DNA of 64,000 nt from Octopus vulgaris (taxonomy: Eukaryota). The notes below the pieces were generated by a model, which saw only the letters and a list, made by a program, of their open reading frames with translations, did no database searches and had not been told where the DNA came from. Positions within the stretch are counted from its first letter, which is position 1. Each line of letters begins with the position of its first letter. The translations under genes and the position numbers were made by a program. The stretch spans positions 106,826,001 through 106,890,000 of the forward strand of contig OX597821.1 in assembly GCA_951406725.2 (NCBI GenBank), in the 5' to 3' direction. Shown here one piece after another: positions 44,101 to 57,169 of the stretch.

Positions 44101-45122
44101 CATGTGCATGCTTGTTGGGCTCGATATGTGCAACGGTGTGTTCGCGCCCGCATACATGCAGATGGGCGAACTGCACAATCAAAATACGCACACGTGTGTG
44201 TGTGCGTTTTTTGGTTGTGCAGCTCACCCATCTGGGTGTGAGTGGGTGTGAACGTATTGCCGTGGATGTCGAGCTTGATACGTATGTATATGAGTGTGTT
44301 TTGGGGGGTTGTACGTATGTGTTGTGTGCATGTGCTTCGCGCACGTGCGTCCGTGTATGGATAAATATATGGGGATTAATATGTGGGTGTAAATTGGGTA
44401 TGGAGGGGGGAGTTTTGTCATTGTATGGGTGTGGGTTTCATTTGTGATGGTGGTTTGTTGGTGATTTGTGGTATGTTCTGTATATTTGGGTTAGTTATGT
44501 ATTGTTCTTGTGTGTATAATTGTATACATGTATGATTGGTGTGAGTGGGATTGCGCCCATTTTTGGGGATGTATGTGTTTATTTGTCCGTGTGGGGCGGG
44601 AGTGGCCATTAGGTCTATATGTTGAGGCTCACATGCAATTCCAGGTACGCGCGAATGAAGTGGGCACTTATATTTGTTATGGGTGTGTGTACTTTATTAA
44701 ACAGACAATACCCAAATAAAATCTGTCAATTCAACATTCCAAATAAAAAACAAAGGGATCGTAAACATTCACACATACATACAAAACTCAATATATACAC
44801 CACTAAATAACACCCATCATCATATAAATATATACTCCAATATACATATAACAAATGCATAATAAAAATACATAATAAAATAAAATAAAAAAAAAAAATA
44901 TATAATTAAAGAAAATAAAAAAATCTAATCTAATATTAATTATTAAAGTTTTAACATACTATAAACTGTTATATTAATATACATTAAAAATGAACTAATT
45001 AAAACAAAGAAATATCAATAAAGACTAACTATAATTAAAGCCTAGACTACATAACCAAATAAATATAATTATCTAAACTAATTTAAACTAAACTAAAGTA
45101 ACCTAATATGGAACTATTAATG

Positions 45123-45580
45123 CTATTTATCATGAAACTTATTATATAGGTAAAGTAACTTATGTCTGCATTTTATTTTGCGCTCTTCACCAGTATTAAG
45201 TAAATTATCATACTTATAAAATAAAATTTCTTTAAACTCATTAGAGCATAAATAACAACAATTAGCTCCAATAGTATATGATTTAGTTTTACAAATTATT
45301 TCCCAAATTAAACTATAATTAATATTTAGTGATTTAAGACTCCAAATGTACTTACTAAGTCCGGTTGAGTTGATTAAGTTTTTATTTTTAAAAGAATTCA
45401 TATGTTGTGCGATTCTTAATTTTATTTTTGAGGAAGTAGAACCTATATAAACCGCTTTTGGGTAATTATTATTCTTAAAGTTATTATCATGTAATGTAAC
45501 TATACATTTATACACTACATCGTTAATATCACAATTATTATTTAATATACAATTATATTTATCTCTACATGTACAATTAA
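45123..45580 (-). CDS. Penelope-like GIY-YIG endonuclease (continuation of RT ORF after a stop)
   Basis: NCTCRD..C...C..VVYKC...YIGST...R...H..SF...LSKYIW.LK...W...C.LC..E...LLN..E...CRH. Confidence 0.9.
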
Positions 45581-45581
45581 T

Positions 45582-47024
45582 CTAAGTCTTTTTATTAATA
45601 TTATTATCAAATAATTTCTTTTTATAAATATTATTCAGTTTATATTTATTAAATGAAGAAATAATGTTACCAACATTATTAGTGGTAGAATAACCTACTC
45701 CAAAATTATTTAAAGAGAAAATGTTTCTATATTTACGATTATCTCTGATAAATAGTTCTATAACATCTAAAATCTCTTTAATAATATTCGTTTTTACTTG
45801 ATCTCCATAAGGAACTATTAACCAAATTTTATTCTTATTAACCTTATTATTATTATCATTATTATAAATATATTTATAATTCTTTATTTTATTAAAATTA
45901 TTATCAGAATTATATCTATGTACAGCATTTAAGGAATTATTAATATTATTAATTTTATCAATATAATTATTATAATAATTATTAAATTTATTTTTATTTT
46001 TATTATTCTTATTTGTATTATTATTATTATTATCTTTATTATTATTATTATTATTCTTATTTATATTATTATCATTTTTATTATTTTTATAATATCTATT
46101 ATTTTTACCACTAAACCTAACAAAATTATAATTATTATTAGAAGTATCTCGAAAATTATCATTTAAATCTTTATCACTAATATTATAAAATTTAATATTC
46201 TTATTATAAACTGCCCCTCTAAGGGCCTCATTATAATAATTAGCATGTTTATTAAAAATCTCTATATCATAAGAGAGTAAAGAAATACGTTTACTTATAT
46301 TATTAATCAACGATTTTTTAATAGAAAATGGGTGATTACTATTAACATTTATATATTTAAGGTTCTCATTAAGTTCATGATATGGTTGTGTTTTACCTGT
46401 AATAAGATTAAAATTAACATCTAAATAATTAACATTATAATTCTCCTTATATATAGTAATACTTAAACCATATCTTTTAAAGAAACTATATAGTTTTTTC
46501 TTATATACTTCTAGATTCCTATTAGTACAATTCTTTGTAACTAGTAGAAGATCGTCTCTATATAAACCACCCTCTATCTTAAGATTTTCTAATTGGAGTT
46601 CAGATAAAAGAAAAATACCTACTAAATCAGTAGCCTGTGCAGAATCTGGTGCTCCCATAGGTATATCAAAACAATCTCTAGTATCATTCCTAGCCCATAA
46701 TTTATTTTTATATTTAATTAGCGATTTCCTAGCCATTTTAATAGCATTAACTTCTTCCCGTGACATACCCACTTTATTCATTGCGAAAATAAGCGCTTTA
46801 TAAAACACAATTTCATTAATAGAAGAATAATAATTATCTATATCTATTTCAATAAATTTATAACGATTTTTATCTTTAATATTATTAAACCATTTCAATG
46901 TATTGTTATTACTAAACCATAATTTTAAATAATTAAGTTTATTTAACTTATCGATATATTTATCTAAAATAAATTTACTTAATTTACCTAGGTCCGATTT
47001 ACATGGGCAAATTAATCTAACTTT
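45582..47024 (-). CDS. Penelope-like reverse transcriptase, 5'-truncated
   Basis: RLICPCKSDLGKLSK, DIDNYYSSI, PMGAPDSAQATDLVG, LYRDDLL, YLDV, YINVNSNHP. The first codons (MSKRKRI) come from flanking DNA. Confidence 0.92.
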   Translation of the reverse strand, partial: KVRLICPCKSDLGKLSKFILDKYIDKLNKLNYLKLWFSNNNTLKWFNNIKDKNRYKFIEIDIDNYYSSINEIVFYKALIFAMNKVGMSREEVNAIKMARKSLIKYKNKLWARNDTRDCFDIPMGAPDSAQATDLVGIFLLSELQLENLKIEGGLYRDDLLLVTKNCTNRNLEVYKKKLYSFFKRYGLSITIYKENYNVNYLDVNFNLITGKTQPYHELNENLKYINVNSNHPFSIKKSLINNISKRISLLSYDIEIFNKHANYYNEALRGAVYNKNIKFYNISDKDLNDNFRDTSNNNYNFVRFSGKNNRYYKNNKNDNNINKNNNNNNKDNNNNNTNKNNKNKNKFNNYYNNYIDKINNINNSLNAVHRYNSDNNFNKIKNYKYIYNNDNNNKVNKNKIWLIVPYGDQVKTNIIKEILDVIELFIRDNRKYRNIFSLNNFGVGYSTTNNVGNIISSFNKYKLNNIYKKKLFDNNINKKT

Positions 47025-48027
47025 AATCCGTTTCCGTTTGGACATATTTTGGTAAGGTATTAAAGGGAGCTGGACCGGTTGAGGTAAATTAATTGTTATG
47101 TAATGTTGCTATTGATATTTCTGTTATTCTCATTCACTGGTTTCTCAACCCCTGTTATTATCTCTTTGTATTATTTGATAGTTATACTCATATTTTATCA
47201 CCTTTATTTATTTATATCTCATATACACATATTATTTACTTCTCTTTATTATTCGTGTATTGTATCATACTCTAAATATACTTCAGACTAACTTGTATAT
47301 TTGTTTACCACATTTTCTGGCTCTATATCGATATATTTATATATCTATATATGAGATAATGATATATTGATATGTTGATATGGAATTCTTCATTTCTCTT
47401 ATCCCAACCCAATGTATTTATTTCTACTAATCCACAATTTTAAACCTTTGTATATATTATACCAAATTTTACTTGCTTTAAAACATAAAACCATTTCATA
47501 TTAGTTACTTAATTTCATGTATTTTGCTACCTTACCTCTCTTTGTTTGAAATTCATCGCAGTGTACAATATAATATGGAATATAAACTGTATTTTTCTTC
47601 TTTTTAATTTGTTTATCAAAATCTTTATTTATTTATATTAATAACAAATTACATATTTTAATAATAAATATTGCATGTTGTCAAGTAAACCTTAACTCAA
47701 TCAAATTTAATGGTAAGTTTCAAATTTATATAGTTATATAAAAATTCTCTTATGGTATTATCCTCTCCCCCGCCATCTTATTTTTCTCTCTGAAATAAAT
47801 TTCTGCTCCAAGTATCGAAGCCAACCATAAGTTTAAAATCATCAGCTACAAGAACATCATCTCTGAGTAGCCTGAATTTAGTAGTAGCCACTGAGCTTAC
47901 CAAGGTGCGTTATTTCTGGAGGGCCGTTGGCAAACTTCTTTGAATGTGTATATGGAGTGAGATGCAGATTCTGGTGCTGTTAATGTAGTTGACGTTTTAA
48001 AGGGATTGACATTTTATTTCCTCGCTG

Positions 48028-48078
<51 letters not shown>

Positions 48079-48325
48079 GGTATGTATGTATGTATGTATG
48101 TATGCATTTATTTATGTGTGTATGTTTACGTATACATGATTGAATATGTCTCCTTGATCCAGGAATGATAGAAAAATACAATATCACTATTGAATTGCTA
48201 CTTCAGGATTAAGCTTATAATAATTTTTTCCACTTAAGAGGAAGAACTCGATGTACAATAACTAAATTATATACAACATATCAATAGCTAAATTGTTATG
48301 CCTCTCAATCTCCTTCTCTATCTCC

Positions 48326-48359
<34 letters not shown>

Positions 48360-48786
48360 CATCTGTATATATATATATAAATATATATATACATTCATAA
48401 ATGATGTTATATATATATATATATATATATATGAAATTCGTTCTGTCTGTCTGTGTGTGAGTCTTCTAGGATCTCGGGCATCCTCCAGCCGATTGCACTC
48501 AAATTTGATACGTACATACCGACGGTATCAGGGCGTGTATAAACCATGAAGAAAATTACAATAATCGATACCACGTGAGAATGCGACCGATAAAGTGAAT
48601 AAAATCGTTTTTGGGGAATAGAAAAAAGTCTATCTTTATTTCTTCTTTTGCCGGTGTCTCAAATTTAGGTTAAATCAGTGTTTCTCAAAGGGGAGGCCAT
48701 GGAATGGTCGGACAATTTGCTTTGAGAAAATTTGGTTCCAATGTATAATAACTCAGCACCGTCCATTGGACGGGGGAGCTGTTGCT

Positions 48787-48830
<44 letters not shown>

Positions 48831-49343
48831 GTAAATCCTCCAGTATAATCAGCATTTTTTCCCCAAAATTTAAAGGTCAAAATCCCTAGTGCGTACTATA
48901 TACGACGTTAAAAATGAAAAATATTTTCTAAGAAATGTCCTAGTTTCTATTTGACGTCCGGCAATGATTATTCAGACGCATTTTGTGATGTCGGGCGCGA
49001 AAATACCTTAAGCTAAGCCTGAAAGCAATGAAGTCATAAAAGAATCATCCATAACTTGCAGTAAGCAACATTTACTACACGTTATTACTGTTATTTCTTT
49101 ATTTTCTGCAAACAAAATGTACAAAAAAGTTACACGTTTGCATTAAGTTGTATATACAATAATAATAATAATAAAGGATGTTACCTTATACATTTTTACA
49201 AACCAAAGACGTTAAATAGACCTCTTTGACTCAAGTTAGAGAAGGAGTGCGTATTATACAAAAAGTTTAGGTTTTTCAGAGGTACAGCGCCCTAACCATC
49301 CCCTGCTTTTATACTAAAGTGCGGACTATACTCGAGGATATAC

Positions 49344-49399
<56 letters not shown>

Positions 49400-51385
49400 C
49401 GGTGTATATATATATATATATATGATGCAGTTTGGAACTTCTTTAGGCTAACGTTATAAGAAACATTCTCTTCTGTTTGGAATGTATTGAACTCAAAAGA
49501 AGATATTGTTTTAAGCCTAAGCTTCATCATAAATATCTCTCTTTAGTCGTTGACTTCGCTGATGAATTTTACTAAAAATGAGTTGTGTCCTGCTATATAC
49601 TATAGTGAACATTTTTTCTAACATATAGTGGAGTGTTTTGAATTCTTTTAATTTCTCTACGCTTTCATTTCATTGAATGACTCTGTCGTCGATGTATGCT
49701 TCCAGTTTTATAGTATATATTTGAAGAAAATATTTCTGAATATACGTAGTCATATTTGTAATTCATAATCTTTACTTACCCCATAAGTAACTTCTCAATA
49801 ATTCAAATTTCCATTTTTAAATATGATACTTGAAACTATTTTTCGCCATGGTTTCAACAGAAAAAAGTAATTCATATTTACAGCTGCATTTTCGTCAGAT
49901 GGTACGGCTTCCGCGATGAAATTACAACGTATCGCTATAGAAACAAATTCCATCACCAAATATTAATCATGCTTGTCTATCGATTGCTAAACCAACCACA
50001 ATCTTTGTTTTAGTTGCCATAAACATGCTGAAATCATCGGTAAATTTGCCACATCTACTGGTAGTGGTAAATTGCTTGACATTACACAACTGATTGACTT
50101 ACCAACATTCCAACTGCTGCGGCTACCGGCTGCCACACTTGTCACTGCAACTAGCGACGGCCACTCAGGTTGCTATTGTTGCGAAAACCACCACGACCAG
50201 GTAACATAGAAAAGTAAACAAAACAACGGCTGCATGTGAATTTCGTAAAAAAAAAAGTGAGATTTTAGAAATAATATCATGGAACATTGATGAAATACAA
50301 TTTATTCATTTTTTGTTAAAATTTCATCATGACTAAATCGTCTTTCTACAGCAACCGAAACCGTTAAGATAACTTCTTACTTTTATTCAAGACAGTGCTC
50401 AACCACTTGCACGTTAATTTCACGAGCAGGCTGTTCCGTTGATCGGTTCAACTGGAACCCTCGTCGTCGAAACCGACGGAGTGCCATGATTATAGCAACA
50501 TATAATAATAATATACAAACAAAAGCTCCGCTCGAAACGTTGATTCCTTCTTCTTTCTTTCCTTTCCTGAGCGTCCAAGAACACTATACTTGTTCCACGT
50601 CCTCGCGTTGTTGTGTTTTCTGTTTGTTCATGTTTGGATTAACCATATAATTAAGTATATCTGGGTCTTACCACTCACGTTACCCATACATGCAATCATA
50701 GTTTGTTATCTGAGATTGAACTAACTGAGATAACCTATATCTACTAATTTCGTCCTTGCTGCATAAAATGACATCTGCATCTATTTGAAATAAAAGGAAT
50801 CTTTGCCTTGAAATATTTTTTCTCACTTTGATGCACATACATATTGTAAAGTAAATTAAAACTGAACTCAGTAATTGGTTTCATTATGATATTTTATTTC
50901 TAGAATATACGAAAGATTAAGTTTGTAAATGTTAGGTTGAGCATTTATAATGTATTTTTTGTAATATATTGGTGTTATTTATTTATGTAAGTGAGAAAAA
51001 GTGACAAGTAGAACATGTGCAGATGTGGTAGCAGGAAAATTAAAATAGAGACGGAAAAATCATTGTGTGAATATATATATTTTTATACAATTTTACTTAA
51101 AAGATGGCGGACAGTTATAAATAATCCAGCAGAAAAATCAATGGCTGCATGACTGATAATAAAGAGTATAGAATCATCCTGAGGTTTCACCGGTAGAAGG
51201 CGTTCGAGCTCGCTTCAGCATTACCCATCTTTACCTTTTAAGAAAAAATAATCTTGCTTGAGAAAGTGCAGATGTGCCCAGGTTCCAAAGGTATTTAATG
51301 GTGAAATCGTGAGGTAGTGCTGCTAAAGGCGTCTTCGTACTAAATTCACTTACAATCGAAAATGCATAATAAAATGAGACATCGT

Positions 51386-51442
51386 TTATAATGGCTTTGT
51401 CTGAATTACCACAAGTATGTAAGTAATGAAACTTCCAATCAT
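51386..51442 (-). CDS. GR-like terminal exon 4, second copy
   Basis: Nucleotide-identical to 20173-20229. Confidence 0.92.
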   Translation of the reverse strand: MIGSFITYILVVIQTKPL

Positions 51443-53283
51443 CTGAAAAACAGAAAAGAGACGTTATATATGTGCTATTTTCAGTGAATGAAGAGAATTA
51501 TACGGTCATTATACGGTCATTATGTACTACTTATACTAGAAAAGTAAACTGGTTGTTTCAGTTAAGCAACCGCAAGTTTTGGGCACTAACATTTAGGTCA
51601 TGATTTCAAGATCTTCTGATATATTCGTTACCGATTTTCATTAAGGCGCCCATACATTATCAGTTATTCAATTAAGTTTTATGGTTGAGTTAGGTGTGCG
51701 ACTGAACGTCGAATCGAAATGTTAAGCAGGCAGATTTTGCTGGGTGCATTATGACAGACAGAATGTCAAGACTGGTAACGTTTGAACTCAAAAGATAAAC
51801 GGTTGTAGCGGTATATTGCAAACGTTTTATAAAATCAGAGATTATAAAACGCATTTCATTGCAAAGGATTATTTTAAGAAGCTATATCTCGGCCCCCAAA
51901 AGTAACAAAGCATATAACAAATAAATTCTCCTTCGCAATATTTTCGTTTCGATTTATTTGAAATTCAATTCTTTAATTGTATTATATACTCTTTTTATTT
52001 TTATTATTTGCGTTTTATTTCTTATTTATCGCTGTGTTTGAAGTTGTATTCACGATCTTTCATGAGTCACTAATAAACAAAATACATTTTGAACTTAAAA
52101 TAGCTAATGAAAATGTTGATGTATTACAGCAAGGGTTTCAGTGGGATGTCTTGAAAATTGCGTAAGCGGTGGCTTTCAGAAGCTGGCCCAGCTACAATGG
52201 GCCTTAAGGTTAAGTCCTCTGGCGTTTGGATAGACGAGTATGACCCTGAGAAAAATATCCACTCTACATAAAGAGCAAATCCGTTTCCCGCAATACAGGA
52301 ATATTCCTCTCAGTGAACATATACAAAAATATGCAGATAACACCAAGCCAAATTTCAAATTCTTCCCCTTCTACAAGTGCAAAGACACAATCTCTCCACA
52401 AGAACGTTTAAATAAACAAACTTTTTTCATTGAAAAATACAGAACATGTCTTAATATACACGTATAACCAACGTTTATCTTTTTAAATATTTCAATTCAC
52501 AATTACATCACTGTACATAAATCACCTCACTAAACAAATATTTCGAAACCCGTTTTTTTTTTGTCTGTACCCCTACCCTTACCGAAAGCCGAACAGTTAT
52601 CTCCCTTACCCACAAAAATAACAATAATAATGATAACTAAATACCTCCCCTTATTTTTTCTACTTGTGAAGTCATTCACTCGTAAATATCATTACACACA
52701 ACGTGGGCAAAATTTCGTCTTAAGAAAATACATATACAAATAAGTAAACCACAATATCATGAATAGCGAAAGCGAACTGTTGATATATTAAAAATTATAT
52801 TAAAACTATGTAAAGTGTGTGTATTTTCCTTATTTAATTTCTTATATATATATATACCTACAATGACACTGTAGCAATTATAGAAGTTGCGTAGCGGTTT
52901 ACTTGGTAATTTTAATAATTATAATAGGTTTGAACATATTTGCCATCATAACAATCCACTTTCCAGGTAATGTGCTATTATTTTCTGGCTACGATTTGAG
53001 TGGATAAAATGTCTGTTTGGGATGAACAGCGTAAATCACATCAAAACATCACGTACATAATATATAAAATACATTGTATGTTTTGACCTTTATAAAGTCT
53101 ACTTCACTACTTATTTCTTTAATCACTTATACTATTGGCCGGTTTTGCTGAACCGCTAAGTACGGGAACGTTAACACAGAAACACCGATTGTCATGCAGT
53201 TGGGTGGTGGACACACACACACACACTTCCACATATATACATAAATGTATGAATATACATACATATATATATACATATATATG

Positions 53284-53370
<87 letters not shown>

Positions 53371-53575
53371 AAGGATTCCTTTCAGATTCTGTCTATCGAA
53401 ATTACTCATTGAGTTCTTTGGTCGACCTGAGGCTAGAGTCGAAAATTTCTACACTAGGTGTCACGCAGTGAGGCTGAAGCTTGAGTTATACAGTCGAGAA
53501 GCAGAATTCAGAACCATGCCTGCGACTTTGTATGACAAAATATGTAAAATATGCACTAAATACTGTAATATTTAC

Positions 53576-53665
53576 CGTAAGTGTTGACGAAGGAGTTATT
53601 ACGAAACACCCACCAACATCAATTCCATGAGATTCAGTCGTTAGTCGATTTAGGAAAACTAATAT
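53576..53665 (-). CDS. GR-like shared exon 3, second copy (ILVFLNRL...STLT)
   Basis: Two substitutions vs 22006-22095 (one synonymous, one F/L); splice sites intact. Confidence 0.9.
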
Positions 53666-54589
53666 CTGTAATACATAAGAAGACGAAAAATCATAAACAG
53701 AGACGGTTGAACAAGAAATCCCACCAACTTTTCTCATATATGTGATGTCCGTGGACACATCGTCATTTGATTCAGAAAAAGATGGGATTAAAACAAATGC
53801 ACGTTTAAGGACTTGATGAGGAATTCCTATTTATATTGATGGAAATTCAACGATGATTATTCGCATGGTCATATATAAAACCAGAAAAGAACCTAGGGGA
53901 AAATATAATAGCGATACCAATAAGGATGGGACAACTGGCACCAACGAGTTAATAATTGATGTGAGGAAGATCAGAAGAATTTAGATGAGTTGCAGGAAGT
54001 AATGAATAAATAGGGAAGAAAAACATTGCCATCTTTAAAATGCACCAACATGTTTAAATGATTGTTCCGGAGCATATTCAACATCTACTTCAATTATTAC
54101 CTCCCATTCGCTCTGCAGACGGTCAGACTGTTCTTTTAAGATGTGTTTGTTAAATATTGCTCTTGTTTTTGTTGAAAAAATTTGTTGGAAAAAAATCTGC
54201 AATAATTATGCACCAATCCAATATATATGTGGAGGCGGGTTGCCTAGAGGTTAGGGTGTCAGCATCATGATCGTAAGATTGTGGTTTAGATTCCTGGACC
54301 GGAGGACGCGTTGTGTTCTTGAGGAAAACACTTCATTTCACGTTGCTCCAGTTCCCCCAGCGGGCAAATAGGGCTAAGGCTGCGATGGACTAGCGTCCTG
54401 TGCAGCTGGGGAACACATACGCCATAGAAACCGAGAAACTGGACCCATGAGACTGGCTAGGCTTTAAAAAGGGTGCTCTTATTTATTTTTTATAATCCAA
54501 TATATATATATATTTATATACATAATGGGCTGATGAATAACTTAAAATTGTATTTAGATAGGAGAAAATCAACCATAAAATTTATTTAC

Positions 54590-54658
54590 CTTCGCAACAA
54601 CCTCCTGGTCGACGCCCTGAAACTGCATATAATGAATACTTTGTGTAATGCTGTGAAC
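54590..54658 (-). CDS. GR-like shared exon 2, second copy
   Basis: Nucleotide-identical to 23005-23073; AG/GT sites intact. Confidence 0.85.
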
Positions 54659-54769
54659 CTGGACGCGAAAAAGAAAATAATAATGATAATAAAAATCATC
54701 TGTAATAAAGCTGATATAAGTGTTGCCCATATCTCAAACGAATACCCTAGTCTTCCCCCAAACCACAAC

Positions 54770-55248
54770 CAGCTGTGGCGTTATGATCCGGTAGCAAAAG
54801 AGCTGCATGGGAAACTGTGCAAAAACTGTGGGCTAGAGAGAGGCAAGACCTAGTATGAGTACAACACACAGAGAGTCGGAGACTAGCAAAATTCTCTAGG
54901 ATTTCCCAATCAAAGGAGATCAGGTGCTAGAGCACAACACGTCAGAGATATCGATCGTCAAGACGATATACCACATATGCTATATAGTTGATGTTGCATG
55001 CCCCTTTGACCAACGAATAGTCGAGAAGGAGAGCGAAAAAATAAATACAACCCTCTTAAATGCGAAATAGTCCGGCTCTGGAAAATAAATGTGCAATTAG
55101 TGCCAATTAGTGTTGGGTCCTTGGGAACAGCATATCAAGGCATCAAAAGGAATATCGAGAAAATTGGAATAGTGTACCCAGTAGAACTGTTACCAATAGT
55201 CGGTCTCCTTTGCCCGGCCAGAATAATCAGGAAAGTATTAGATAGCTG
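54770..55248 (+). mobile_element. R4/Dong-like non-LTR retrotransposon 3' end, restriction-like endonuclease (shorter copy ~23,185-23,350)
   Basis: VAKELHGKLCKNCGL...DFPIKGDQVLEHN..I..CYIVDVACPFDQRIVEKESEK...EIVRLWK..VQLVPISVGSLG...ARIIRKVLDS*. Confidence 0.8.
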
Positions 55249-55947
55249 AAAAAAACGGATAGCAAGGTAAGGTAGGCTGCAGGTAGTAAGCCTGCTATGC
55301 ATGCAAGAACCCAGGAGCTCCAACAAAACCTGTGACGGTTCGGCTTAAATAACCGATAGAATACGTACTAGGCAGAAAAACAATAAGTCCTGGAGTCGAT
55401 TTGCTCGATGAAACGTGGTGATCCAGCATGGCTTTTGTCAAAATGACTAACAGAAGTAAGAAAATTAAAGAAAATAATAATTAAAGCATGAAGCAAAATT
55501 ATTTTTAAAAAAATATTTTAAACAGTTGTGCATCAGCATGGCCACAGCTCTGAGCTGAAACTAGAGAAAAAAATATTACTTAAACAGCAATGCAGTTTGA
55601 CGACTTTTCAATGAAGATAATGTCGTTTCTAACCACGAGAACCAGAAATAAATTCCAACGTTCGACCTGGAAGCAACTGTCTCACTCGTGACGTTCAAAA
55701 AGTTTTTTAAACGGATGAACATAAGGATAAACGTTTCTTTCGAATTTTCATTTCATGTTTCAAGGAAGATTCAGACAGTGAATATTGAAAAATAAACCAG
55801 ATACGGTTTACCAGCTGATAATCGGAAAAGTAACACGTAGCTCGGAGTACTGGAAATCGTAAGCTCTCAGTTATAATGTACAAAAAGTATACTCTACATT
55901 TGTAATGAGTCCTGTAATTTATCGCTTCTATTGAGTCAACAGAGATT

Positions 55948-56004
<57 letters not shown>

Positions 56005-56216
56005 GTATATATAATTGTATGTTGGACCGGGGATTTCTACAAGTGTCTTCATTCTTCATCTCTCTCTCTGTTTATTCTCTATTATTCCTTTCTGTTGAAG
56101 AGCGTATACTAGAAACGTAAAAAAACTTTTTCACTTTCCCGAGCGTCAAACTGGTACACATGCTTGTTGCTCATACACCTGTCTTTGTCTTTTGTATTTC
56201 AATAAATTTCAACACT

Positions 56217-56252
<36 letters not shown>

Positions 56253-56279
56253 CTTAGAACCACACTCACAAATAGAAAC

Positions 56280-57003
56280 TATCCACAGCCCCTAATAAAC
56301 AGTGCAATCCAAAGGCCACTTAAATTAAGTATAGAAAACTGAGACAAAGAAAACCAAAAAAGAAAGAACAATTAAAATCCCTTCCCTACATCTCTACACA
56401 CAACCCACTCAACAATGAGGCCTTCAGCACCATACTACAAAGCACAGCCCTGCTAAAGGGAGACCCAAAGATGAACCGGATCCTCGAAAAACACACACCA
56501 TCATTAAAAGTAAGAGGTAACCAAAATCCTTGAAAAGGATTTTAACCCAAGCTAAACTGCACTCAGCATCAACCACAAAACCAGCAGTTAGAAAATGTGG
56601 AAGGCTCAACTGCGGAATCTGTGTCATATTGGTAGAAGGTTCAGAATTTATACTAGAACAAGGCCATCAGTTCACCATTAGAGCAAACTTCACCTGTGCA
56701 TCAGAAAACTTAATTTACGTCTTAACATGCGCAGGCTGCAATAGGCAGTATATAGGCCATACAAAAAATAGCTTACGTAACAGGATGGCGGTGCATAAAT
56801 CACAAATTAGAAACCCTGAATACCGGAAAATACCGGTCAGCGGACACATAGATAGATGTACTGCAAATGTAAATCCGAAATTTACAACTTACCCACTTTA
56901 TAAATTCAGTGGCAGCGTAACCTTCACGCAACGCCAAAATAAAGAACTTTATTTCATCAAAAAATTTAGACCAAGTTTGAACACCCTGGGCCAGGAATAT
57001 TAA
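56280..57003 (+). mobile_element. Penelope-like GIY-YIG fragment with CxxxxCxxC linker (Neptune/Naiad-type)
   Basis: ORF 56530..57003: KCGRLNCGIC...FTCASENLIYVLTCAGCNRQYIGHT..LRNRMAVHKSQIR..VSGHIDRC..ELYFIKKFRPSLN. Confidence 0.88.
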
Positions 57004-57169
57004 AACAAAACATTGGTCCTCCGAAAAAGAAAAACGAAATTCTACCACAACCACTACGACTGCCCCAACTTGCACTACAACTACAACCACCGTGGTCACT
57101 GTTGCTACGGCCACAGTGAGCGAATTATAATATTGGATGTGGGGAGAATTGCAATTTCTCAGATCCTTA

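Larger units (their letters stand above)
40975..47024 (-). mobile_element. Penelope-like element with ~4-kb repetitive 3' region ending in a hammerhead-bearing terminal repeat
   Basis: RT+EN above; CA-rich modular repeats at 41.5-43.7 kb; hammerhead at 41,061-41,103; terminal sequence shared, inverted, with 61,000-61,435. Confidence 0.85.

Noticed and set aside
43857-44447. Overlapping Cys/His-rich ORFs
   Set aside because: Derived from GT/CA-rich low-complexity sequence on both strands; no domain signature.
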